Of a stretch of 64,000 nt of DNA, positions 53,330 through 64,000 are shown in pieces; the stretch's first letter is position 1; each line of letters opens with the position of its first letter. Origin of the DNA: Balanoglossus misakiensis (lineage: Eukaryota; Animalia; Hemichordata); assembly GCA_040954595.2 (NCBI GenBank), contig CM082581.2, positions 12,150,286 through 12,214,285 on the forward strand, in the 5' to 3' direction. Position numbers and translations under genes: made by a program. Below the pieces are notes generated by a model that was not told the DNA's origin, ran no database searches, and saw only the letters and a list, made by a program, of their open reading frames with translations.

Positions 53330-56300
53330 TCAAAATTGAGGGGCTTGAAACAACAGCATACAGGTTCCTACAATGGTGATGCTGATGAATATAATCATGG
53401 CAGTCCGATCAATTACCAAAGCGATGAACTTCCACTCGTCCATTTCCTGTGGAACACAAGAAAAGTAGACCAGGTGAATTGTGAAGTAGCAAAGAGTGCT
53501 GAAAGATTTCAATCCGCCATCTTAAAAACATTATCGAGTATATTTTTATAATTTTGTCCGTCACCTAGTTAGCAAAACTATTTCTAGATTCAGGAAGCGA
53601 GAAATACACAACAGTTGACACGGCATGACCCTCATTAATTATGGTCGCAGCATGTCAAACGCAAAGCAAAACATGACAAAACCGTGGAATTCGTATAATG
53701 TGGGCAATTACCGAATTTTCTTTTTCATCACCCCGCATTTTATCGGTTATAAATCGCATGTGTCGCAACATCTCCCTCTCGAAGATGGTCATATCATTTG
53801 GATCGGACACCCGTCCGTTTCTTATTCCTTCGTTGGCATTGTTTCCGAAACACGTCTCTGGGTTCACGTTGCGATTCCGCGGGGGTTTATGCAACCTTGG
53901 GGTCTGAGATGTCAGGGCATACTGGCCGTGTCTGTTCACTTTGTCCCGTTTTGCACCGCAACACGTGATCTCATCCTCCTCATTCAAAGTGTCATGGGGA
54001 AGATGTGCCAAAGACGTGTTTTTGTATAGGACCTCGGACCATTTGACGTGAGAGGGGTTCTCGTCCTCTCCACCACCCGCACTATGTTTCTCCTGAAATA
54101 TAGAGCTGTCAATGCACAGAATCTTTGGCAGAATCTTGATAAAGACCCACTGCATCCAAGGTCGAACACGGTGAATTTTGCCTGCCCGGTGGTGAATGTT
54201 CAAAACAAGGACGGACATAACCAGCGACAAAGTCACCATCGTCATATTGAATAAAAAATATTGACCAATGAGAGGCAGCGACTCTGAAGTTGGCGGCATG
54301 ATGTCAGCCACAAGCAGACTGAACACAGACAGCGCGATGAGGAGCGATATGCTCAATGATATTTTCTCTCCAGAATCCGGGGGCAAATAAAACACCAAAA
54401 TAGTCAAAATAGCCATGAATGCACCAGGAATCAGAATGTTTATAATGTAATATAATGGCCTTCGTTCCAGAACTAGACTGTATTGGAGGACACTGTAAAA
54501 TTCCCCCGGACAACACTCCAGCTCCTCGTCGATGAGTTGAACTGTGGAGTTAACGAAATCCCATTCGACATTCTCAATGTATTTTTCTTTCACAACGTGA
54601 TCGTTGATTGGTTCAAGTCTGATCTCACTGGCGGTGTACTCCCAGGGGCCAAAGGTCATTTTGCAGTTCTGCACGTCGAATGGAAAATATCTGATGTCCA
54701 AACTGCACGCACTCCTCAGGTCTCCAGGTGGCGTCATCCACACTTGACCGTCAGAATACAGAGTAGCGTACTTCCACACAGGCAACATAAAATTACCATC
54801 AACGCTACAATTAAGACAGAAGAGAAATTAAAAAAAAAGAACTAAGAAAACAGAAAATTACATAACGATGGAACATCATGTCATGTATTGTCATGTGATA
54901 TCACATCTTATTGTTTTGGCTGGTTTTACAGTGTTCTAAAGGCAACAAAGTTAGTTTCCTGTAATAAGACTTGCTATCAAAAACACTCTATCCTTTGATC
55001 ATGGCTAAGAATATCGATGTCGTAGAAAAATCACAGTCTAACAAGTTGAAACTCTGCGAACAATCATGAATTTTGAAACGGTAACATAAAAACATATGAA
55101 ATAGGTTTATCTTCTAGGTCGGGTGAAATGAGAGCCACGCCTATACAGTTGGTCCATTATCAAACTCTGGCACCATCCCTAGTATGTTCTCATCTAATCC
55201 ATCACATTTGACAGGAGGGAAAATAGATCAAGGCTATCTAATGAAACAATCACAAAAATAGACTTGGATTGTGAATTGAATATATGCTCACATAAAAGTT
55301 CGTGTCAGCAGAGCCGATTTTAAATGTATGAGAAATTCGCTTCGGGTTAAAAGTCACGAATCACGAGATCCGTGCTATATGAGTGCTTTTAAAAATAAGT
55401 AACCAGGACTCGTCGGATTGTAAAATACACGTATCTTGCAGATTTTGCGTAATAAATCGCTGTTGGGGGGCGTATGATACCATCGAAAGAAGATATCACA
55501 CTCGCAGATAATTGAGAGTTATGCCGTAATCTTAGTGGAGTTGGACTACATGTAGTTAATTGCAGACGCGGATCATTTCCATTTTCTGGAACAGCTGTTT
55601 AGGTTAACTGCCAGCGATTTTTTGATGGCTGAACAGAGACGTATGCTCGTGTCGGTAGAAGCGAGATAATGCCTGTTTTTTGATAATTATAAAAATGAAA
55701 AATCCCATTACAAAGTGTTTAGCTCCAGTCAATTTTTAGCTTATGTACTTCATCCCCTACCTGTTGTCGAGAACGAGGTCGGGATACCACAGCCACTTTG
55801 ACGGCACGACCGAATGGTCAAGACCCTCGAAATCATCAGGATCCCATACCAAGCGATAATCTGTCCAGTACTGTGAAAGGAAGAAAATCATACCAATATG
55901 TACCATATACAAACTCTCACTGGCTGCTGTGAGAGATATTAGAACTGCTTTGAATTTCAAGGGGATGACACGACATGTCATATAAACATATGCGAAATGA
56001 CTTTCAACAAAGCTTGCTTTCAAGATGCATAATACGAAGCCCATATACTGTAACGATAAGTGATTTAAAGTTAAATATGAAGTCGCATGGATGTCTTACT
56101 GTTGCCTGTTTTTCTATATTAATTCAACCATTTGGGGGGGGGGGGTTGCAAGATAGCATGATTGTATCTCCCACCAGTATCCATTTCTTTTCTACTATTT
56201 ATTTACTGTTATGATGATATCCAGATCTAGTCTAAACATCTCTGGAATTTCTGCGCAGCCTTGACGGATCATTTCCCACAGCTTTCTTTCACTGATTTTG

Positions 56301-59300
56301 TATAATGAGTAAACAAGCAACAAATATATTACCATGGAAACTGTTGGCCGTGTCTGACTCTCTCCTCTGGGATGAGATTCTTACCTGATCAAGCCACACG
56401 ATGGTTGCCATGAACTGATTCTTCTCATCCTTCAAGAACGAGAAATAATCTGGCATTAAAACTGGAAGACAAACAGATCTCTCCTATGCATTGCTCGTCG
56501 TTAGAAAAGTAATATGATGTACATTTTAATGAACCGTGGAAAAGTTGTTGAGAATATACAGTCGCTAATCTGATCATTATATTCAACTTGCAAAGGAAAA
56601 TTTCTTTTAGCATATACCGAAGTACAGCTGGTCATAACAATAAATAAGTGTTAATGACGCGTATGTCATGATTGATTGTTTCTATAATAATAATAATAAA
56701 CGAAGGCAATCGACCAGGGTCCGCTTATTGGCAACCATGTCATGTCAAAGAGACTCCTTTCTGAGCTCATACTTTGTGGAGATCCATTTCTCATATTCTT
56801 TCTGAAAGTGCGCACGATCTTCCTGACGGAGGGGAATTGATTCTACTGTGGTGTGGGTGGTGTGGTGTAGTGTAGTGTCTTGTTAATTCTAGTTTAGTCT
56901 AGTCTAGTCTAGTGTAGTGCATAGTATAGTAAGGAGGGGGTTACTGCATGTTATTTTCAAACCACTTACCACGTCGGAAACTTGTGAAACTGACAATCCA
57001 AAGCGAAATAAAACATACTCGGAAGACGCGTTTACAGGTCGCACGTACTTTTTGTAACCTTCGAATATTGCTTTGTGAAGCCTTTCCTCCGAATCAGCGG
57101 CCTGTGTGCCTAAAATGTTACAAATCGATCAATTTGGTTAGTTAACATCAAAGATATTTTGCTTATTATACATTATATGTAGATGATAACTTAGTCAAAA
57201 TCAGAATATCATTACCCATTTGTATAAAATGGTGACTACGTAAATGCCTTTCAAAGTTTAAAGTGCTGCCGTTTCCGTTTTCTATATGTAATGTCCTTCA
57301 TTTAAGTTTCCGTTCATTTGTTTAAAGAGGATCACTGTAAAAAAGAAAGACACTCAGGCAGTTTTAAATCTCTCCCGCAAGATGGTTGATATCCGTACCA
57401 CGCTGTGAACAAGGTGTCTGAACCACACCCATTTGGTTTCGTTCAAACAATGATTTCCCCCTCAAATACAACATATCTCATCGTGCTTTGTCAGTATGCA
57501 ATTATCTCAAAATAGTTCCAATCGTATTCAACGCGACAAGATTCAAAATTTGTGAGTTAATGCGGGTATATACAGTCAGTATAACCGAAAAAATAGGCTG
57601 GCTAAAATGTTCACCATGTTATCTCAAAATAGACAACCCATTTTCTGATATGTCATGTCACTGGTCATGATAATTAATGTGGGGTAAAGATCCGACAACA
57701 ATCCATTAGGAATATAAAAATAAATAGAATTCATTTTAACGCCCCTATGCACACATGGACGATGTTGTCGTACAGATTTTTGTGTGCGTGTTTGTCTGTA
57801 TATTTGCCTGCTGGCCTGTTTGTCTTAGCGTGTCTCCGTGAGTTTGTCACGGTATCTGTGTAATAATCGCCAGAACACCTATAATCGAATAACAAGTATG
57901 CTGTCCATACGGAAATGCGATATGCTGTCCATACGGAAATTTCGCATTCTGTTAGTATTCAGTACTTTTCTTAACATCAACAACACAAACATCGACAACA
58001 ATAACAACAGTACGTCTATTGACAATAACAATGAAAACGACAACAAAAATATACTCAAGGCGCATGTAAATCAAGACATGTTTTACTCAAGAAACCTAAC
58101 TGTAACACTCGGCCTGTCCCCTCTCATGAAAAGCATACACCAAGCTTACGCTGCCAACAGACGCACAGAAATCTCTGACAAACGCATTGCCTGCCATGCA
58201 CCCAATCTTTCATTGGTGCCATTTGGTGGCCAATAGCTGTACCCACACTGAGGTGCCTTTGAAGTATGATGATACGGTACGGCCTCTGTAGTTTGTTGCC
58301 GTTCCATACCATCATTCGCACGCACATGTGGCTCTATGCCTGCACAGGCCAAGAACAAAATTTCCAGACAGCTCTGTCGTGGGTCCATAGTTTTAGACAG
58401 TGAACCCAATTGAAATAGTGGTATCTGTTTGACTTACGATGCGGTCACAATAGCACATTTTACATTTTTAAACAATATATGTTAGAAATTAGCAATGTGT
58501 AATACTATTCAGTCAATAGAGCTTTACAAGATGAAATATGCTGAGCTACAAATTTTACAATAAGCTAGTTGAAGCGGCCCAAGGTTTGTTATTAATAATA
58601 GCAAAGTTTCCCGCCGTACTTGCTGATTAATTTCTCTTTTTCATGGTCCGATGATTAAAAGTAACCTTATCGCCCTAGTCAGTTTGAAAGATGACAACCT
58701 GTGATTCCTTGCAAACAAATGACAACCAATATGTTATTGCGACACAAATCAAGCAGTATGAAAAGCAAGCTAATTAGATCCTACATCACAAATCCAACTC
58801 AATAACAAGCTGATTTAAAGCGCCCTTCCATGCATAATACAGTGACTGGTTGATACACATTGAGGCACACATTTGACACATGCACGCAACATGCATGTAA
58901 CACATGATGATATGCATGTGACATACATGTGCCACATTGTGGCATACATGTGACATACATGTGCCACATTGTGACATACCATGTACAAAAGCGCAGTATG
59001 CACCTCGAATAGCACAGCCTCGCATTGCAAAAACTTTTGAACTTGAGACCATAGCAGTGAAATTTAAGTTCTGTTTGTTATATTTTATAATTTCAACTAT
59101 ACTCAAGAAAACACAGTGCATTTTTGGAATAAAAGTCTGTCATCGAGGTGCATTCCGCCTTAACTTTTCAGATAAATCTAAAACATTCATAAAACACAAA
59201 ACCGTCTTACCATCGACTTTGTCCACAAATGTGGCGGAAAAGACAATTCAAGGAGAAAGCTTCGATTATTACACAAAGCCAATGTCAAACCAAATGACTT

Positions 59301-62300
59301 CAATCTTTGGTTAGTATTCATTACTTATCATGTCATCATTGTAAATAAATAAATGTATGGTCACGTCTGTATCGGGATCATCATGTTAAACCCGAGCGTT
59401 CGAGGCACACGTACAAATATCATGAACACAAAATGAACCCTGATGTCGCTAGACTATATTCGGGTGTCTGCATCTATCCACTTGTGAACCACCGGACGGG
59501 TGCTGTGAAGAGAAAGTTGCTATTCCTGGAGATTTCTAAAAGGGATGAGGTTTTGAGATTTAAACGACAGTGCTAGTGAACATGTTGAATATCCGGCCCG
59601 ATTCTATTATACAATGATCGCATTACATGTGAACATGTTTCATGGCATGGCTGCCAGTTGGCATAACTGGCATTCCTCTGGTCCCGCAGATTGAAGAGAA
59701 TGGAGGGCGGTAGATTAGACCAGAGATAATCTAAACTTTCAATCGTCCATGCTTCAGAGGTCGAATTCTTTTCATATGGTACTTATTCAGCATGGAATGA
59801 ATAAAATCATAAACGTTGATTCGACGCCCACACCAAACACGATTTTCCGGTACAATGACTCAACCTGGTCACAGGTGTAGTTGTTTCGTGCATGACATAC
59901 GCGCATGCAGGCTAAAATCGTATTTTACATGCGGTGGAGATTTTCCATATTTAGTGCTGGCCTTGACTCGGAGGCCATTCGATTGGCACATGTTTCATAC
60001 TGACAATTACCAGCTGGTGTTATTGGGCAGCGTTGTTGGACCTGCATGTGTGATCAGTTCGTGACTTCGTGCCCATTTATGCCGAGGTGATCAAACAACT
60101 GGTGAATTTCGAGATCACGTAATTTTGTTCAGTGCAACACCACCCGTATCGTAACATTAGAAAAAAAGTGACAGATAGACAATTTAAGTCGGATTTGTGG
60201 CCTGTCGACATAAAGATCTGGCCGGGCACTTAGATAGTTGATGCACATTCCTGCCTCATTTATTTAACACGCGTTCATTTGAACCGGGGAAAGGGAACGA
60301 GCCATTAGGGAAGTTGTATTGACATTATTTGCAAAGACCAGTGCGTAGTCACACAAGCTATTAAATCCCTCGAGTGATTGATCGAGTTTTTAGGAGTATC
60401 CCTTGAACAGAATACCCAACATAGAGATTGGCGGCCATTTTGAATTTCTAATTTGAGACAATTTTGCTCTCTCATTCAAATGATGACCAACAGGTTTATC
60501 AATTTAAAGCGAGAATGACCTAAAGCAGTTCGTGTTAGTCCAGTTCTATTTTCTACCACGTATCAAATGAAAGGACAATGCTGCATGTTTAATTAGGAAA
60601 ACGTTTCTCTGTCCTTTGTCGGTATGCTAAACGCAACAAAACGCACCTGTTAAAACCTGACAATGACATCTTCTAAGCCAGGCGTGCTGTTGAGCAGCAA
60701 AGTAGAAGTGCTAATTTCGGCATGTACGACATATGGTTCACACTGCTCGCATATTTCTAAGGCAAATCTAAACATACGGGGTTAAAGTCGACTCTCAAAT
60801 TACTAGTACCACTTTACTCATACCGTGAACTTTAGTTTAGCTGGTTTTTATCATAATACACACGGGAAATAATAAAAATGTAGTTTTATAGAAAGCATGG
60901 ACGCTGTAGATCAATCGTGATTATGCTTTAAGTAAAGTCTTGATTGTAGCATAGACTGTCTATGATTGCAGCAACTGTTAACAATAAATTTCTTACACAG
61001 TACACTTCCTATCATTAATCAACAAGATCCATCCAATTGCCGGCAGAATTCATTCGGAATTTATGCATTCAAGCAGACAAGCAAAACGTTAATTCCGCAG
61101 CCAGTTTCATACCTCAGTTCCCCCACATTAACCCGTGCAGTAGTCAGTAGTGTACCTGCCTGTGTGTGCTTGTTTATTGAACCATCTATTCAAGATGTGG
61201 GGATGTTGATGTTTGTCTTTTGTGCTTTTGGCATCTCTACTGCGTGGCTTGGTCTGTTGCATTCCGATTTCAAATGCCATAAAATAGCTGTAGACGTCTA
61301 AGGATTGCTTGATCGACTTGGGAGGTGATGTCTGTGGATTATGTTCCGCCACGGTTCATAGAGGGAGCGCGGTTCACTTGACAACCCATCCCTTTCGTGA
61401 ATTTCGCCGATTTGAAACGGGGTCTACAAATTTGATTTATTTGATAATTATTATCGTATATCTATTCAGACACAAACCTTTCATCAAAGTTTCAGCTTCT
61501 ATCAAAGGACGTCAACAAATGTATGGGACAGAAACACTGAGATTTTATTAAGATTTATTGACCGTTACAGCGCTACTCACATGCACAAACAAAGCGTGAA
61601 AATATTTCGATGGGACAATTTATTTCTGACATGTGCCGTAAATTATGACATCATATGTTAATCACAGGAATTTAGTGGAGCTGTGAAAGACAGCAATTAA
61701 GGATATTAAATATAACCACCCTAATTTACACATGCCCATATATGGTTAAAAGATCGAGTTAAAGTTCCCATATAACCCAATTGGTGGCGCACTTTTTGCG
61801 TGGCCATCCAAGTGAAAAGTTTTGACTGGCTGGGTTTACACTTTCCATGGTATTTGTGACAAAATTTGTACAGATGATAATATTCTATCATCGACTATAT
61901 AATTCATGTTTTCGGGGCGAGATTGTTTACTTTAAATTATTGAAAGTAATACTTTTTATATATACTTCGATGACACAATGTTTGGTATGAAATGTAAGCA
62001 GTAGTGATCTTTGTTCAAAATGTTTGACAAGTCAGGGTTGATAAAAAATAATGTCGTTATATGACTCTGGGGAATGATGTCAAATTACATCACAGACACT
62101 CCGAATTCCCCTGGCGTACGTTTGACCACAAGCAAATACAAAGACGCAAATAGCAGAGACGCGTGTCTTTTCATGTAAAAAATACAAATTCCATAAGCAG
62201 TATTCCATGCAAACAACAGAGTTTCAACTGGCGGGCACGCGAGACAGTTCACGCCATTCTGACCATAAATTATTAGAATAATTTCAATATAGCTACGGGG

Positions 62301-62895
62301 GAGAAAAGGCTTTCATTTTGAACCTGTCAACGTAGATTATATGTTTATTCTTTGAGATCTTGCATGATGGAGTAAGCTAGATAATTACTGAGCACCAACT
62401 GTGACGTGATTGTTATTTAAGAAAATATTGATGGGATTAACACGGCCTGACGTCATCATGGTGACTTGTTCTACTGACGGGGTCGTATAAGGACACCAGT
62501 GCTTTGAAAAACAAAATTTCGCAGACCCTTTTGCATCCAATCTTATCTCTGGGGTGGGAGTGCCCTGGTGTGATATAACGTTGTGTAAGTTACATATAGC
62601 TGTAATGGGAAGAGATAGAAAGACCACAGCAAGTGTACCCGGATTTTATTAAATTAACCCTGTGAGCGATATTTTGATCCCTTTCTCAATAATTTGGTGG
62701 ACTTGGTAGCGGAACATTGAGCCAATGGACATACTAGCCTTGTTGTGACTGCAATCCAGAATATCAACACTGGCTATTTTCCTACAGTAGGAGCTTAAAA
62801 GAGTTGAAATATTGAAATGAAGTTAACTCACCAAGTGCAAACGAGTCTTGCACAAACAGCACAAACCAGACAGCGGCATAAGTATGGAAAAGCAT
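53330..62895 (-). CDS. Nicotinic acetylcholine receptor alpha-type subunit (Cys-loop channel), divergent
   Basis: Exons at about 62895-62832 (signal peptide MLFHTYAAVWFVLFVQDSFAL), 57109-56970 (EERLHKAIFEGYKKYVRPVN), 56429-56385 (DEKNQ), 55871-55762 (WTDYRLVWDP..WYPDLVLDN), 54804-53712, 53446-53330 (TM4 EWKFIALVIDR). Cys-loop CSLDIRYFPFDVQNC, vicinal CC, LPPDSGEKISL. Confidence 0.92.
56845..56930. repeat. Compound simple repeats (GTGTG/GTGTA/AGTCT)n
   Basis: Direct read in an nAChR intron. Confidence 0.75.
58855..58985. repeat. CACATG-rich minisatellite-like repeat
   Basis: ACATACATGTGCCACATTGTG x2 plus degenerate units. Confidence 0.7.
58991..59163. mobile_element. Non-autonomous DNA element (MITE) with ATGCACCTCGA inverted termini
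   Basis: GCAGTATGCACCTCGA at the left end; TCGAGGTGCATTCCGCCTTAA at the right end. Confidence 0.6.
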
Positions 62896-64000
62896 GGTTA
62901 GGGCATACAAGACAATTCTGACGCAACTGCTTGACGATTCGTCTCAGCGTTGACTGAACCTCAAGCGACTTGCACGTTCGCGATATCGAATGTCAGACAT
63001 ACGCGTTGGGACCTGTTTGTACTTATACTATCGGCGCGGCAGTTTCGCTGCCAGCAATGCTAATGGGAATTCTTTCAATTGTTATGCGTGGAAAGTAATC
63101 GACGTAAAAGCGATCTGGGTGATGATCGCAGATTCGTTCTCTTAAGTTAGATGGATGGACAAGAACGACAAAATTCCCGCGTATTTTGTATAGTTTAAGC
63201 ACCCTTTGACTAGCCCACTAGTCGCTCGGTGATTTTTGGAATCTCAATACTTTTTGTGTGATTGCGGTGATTTTTTTGTCTTCTAAACTTGCCTTGGGGA
63301 AAATATGGGGAAAAGGTTTATGTTTGATTTTCAAGGCACATACTACTTTAAAGTAAAATTAGAAGGTGTCAAAAGTTGATGTCATGGGGTAATCCTAGTT
63401 ACTAGGGGTGAAAACGTCTTTGATGTTATCTATAAATTCCCAAATCATTCCAGAACGTGTTCAGCTTGTTTCAACAAAGCACACGCGTGGATTTAGCACT
63501 ACCGACATACCAGAATTAACCTTTTAACCACGTTTATTGAGAATTGCGATCTTATATAATGGAACCGAGTAAGGCAATCCAAATCAAGTGAATCAATGAG
63601 AGCTCGTATACTAGGATTGTGCTTGTATAATTTTGGTTGAAGAAGCCCTATACATCAGCTCATCTATTCAGTAAAAATCCCTCTCACACGCTCTGTACGA
63701 GTTGCGATGCGCGGCGGACGACTGAACCTTTGAGAGATTATTATTGGCGTGTGATCTAACATTGTTCTCCTACATATGTCCAATTATTGTGACGAGCTGG
63801 CAAATTCTCGATGGACCAGATGAATTGCGTGAATGGAGAATGATTGCTAGAGGCCTTGTATTTCCTCTGGAACGTGTACAGTTTGTTTAGGTAATATGCT
63901 AATCAATGTCAGGTATGATGACTCGGTGCCGAGCACATGGGGACATAGGGTAAAATTATTTGCAGTTGAAGTATAGACCTCCTTTCTACGTAAATGTGAG

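Noticed and set aside
53330-53332. Selenocysteine reading of the nAChR UGA
   Set aside because: No SECIS element recognisable by eye, and the position is a normal nAChR C-terminus.
57838-62627. Scattered 60-130 aa ORFs in nAChR intron 1
   Set aside because: Low-complexity or repeat-derived; no domain motifs or coherent exon chain.
1-64000. CRISPR arrays, rRNA or tRNA genes, autonomous transposons
   Set aside because: None recognisable: eukaryotic sequence with no repeat-spacer array and no transposase or reverse transcriptase ORF.

Overview
AT-rich, intron-rich animal genomic DNA, most consistent with a marine invertebrate deuterostome (hemichordate- or echinoderm-like; inferred from protein similarity and intron style only). 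Eleven protein-coding genes were reconstructed by hand. In order: the 3' part of a GAF-domain cGMP phosphodiesterase of the invertebrate PDE5/6 type (+), FRA10AC1 (-), EXOSC1 (+), a C6orf163-like coiled-coil gene (-), HEATR4-like (+), MRPL35 (-), IMMT/MIC60 (+), UNG (-), an atypical clan-26-like cytochrome P450 (+), a PDIK1L/STK35-like kinase with a single-exon CDS (-), and a divergent nicotinic acetylcholine receptor alpha-type subunit (-). Main observations: (1) tandem-duplicated, apparently mutually exclusive exons for the end of the PDE catalytic domain, with an optional CaaX tail; (2) a PDE/FRA10AC1 tail-to-tail arrangement that mirrors human PDE6C-FRA10AC1; (3) FRA10AC1 and EXOSC1 start codons only 47 bp apart, with a U12-type intron in each gene; (4) candidate microexons in HEATR4; (5) a candidate mitochondrial N-terminal extension of UNG; (6) a P450 lacking the I-helix acid/Thr motif and the membrane anchor; (7) an nAChR alpha subunit lacking two agonist-binding tyrosines; (8) several MITE families. 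Exon coordinates were read by eye and may be off by a few bases. No database searches were run.
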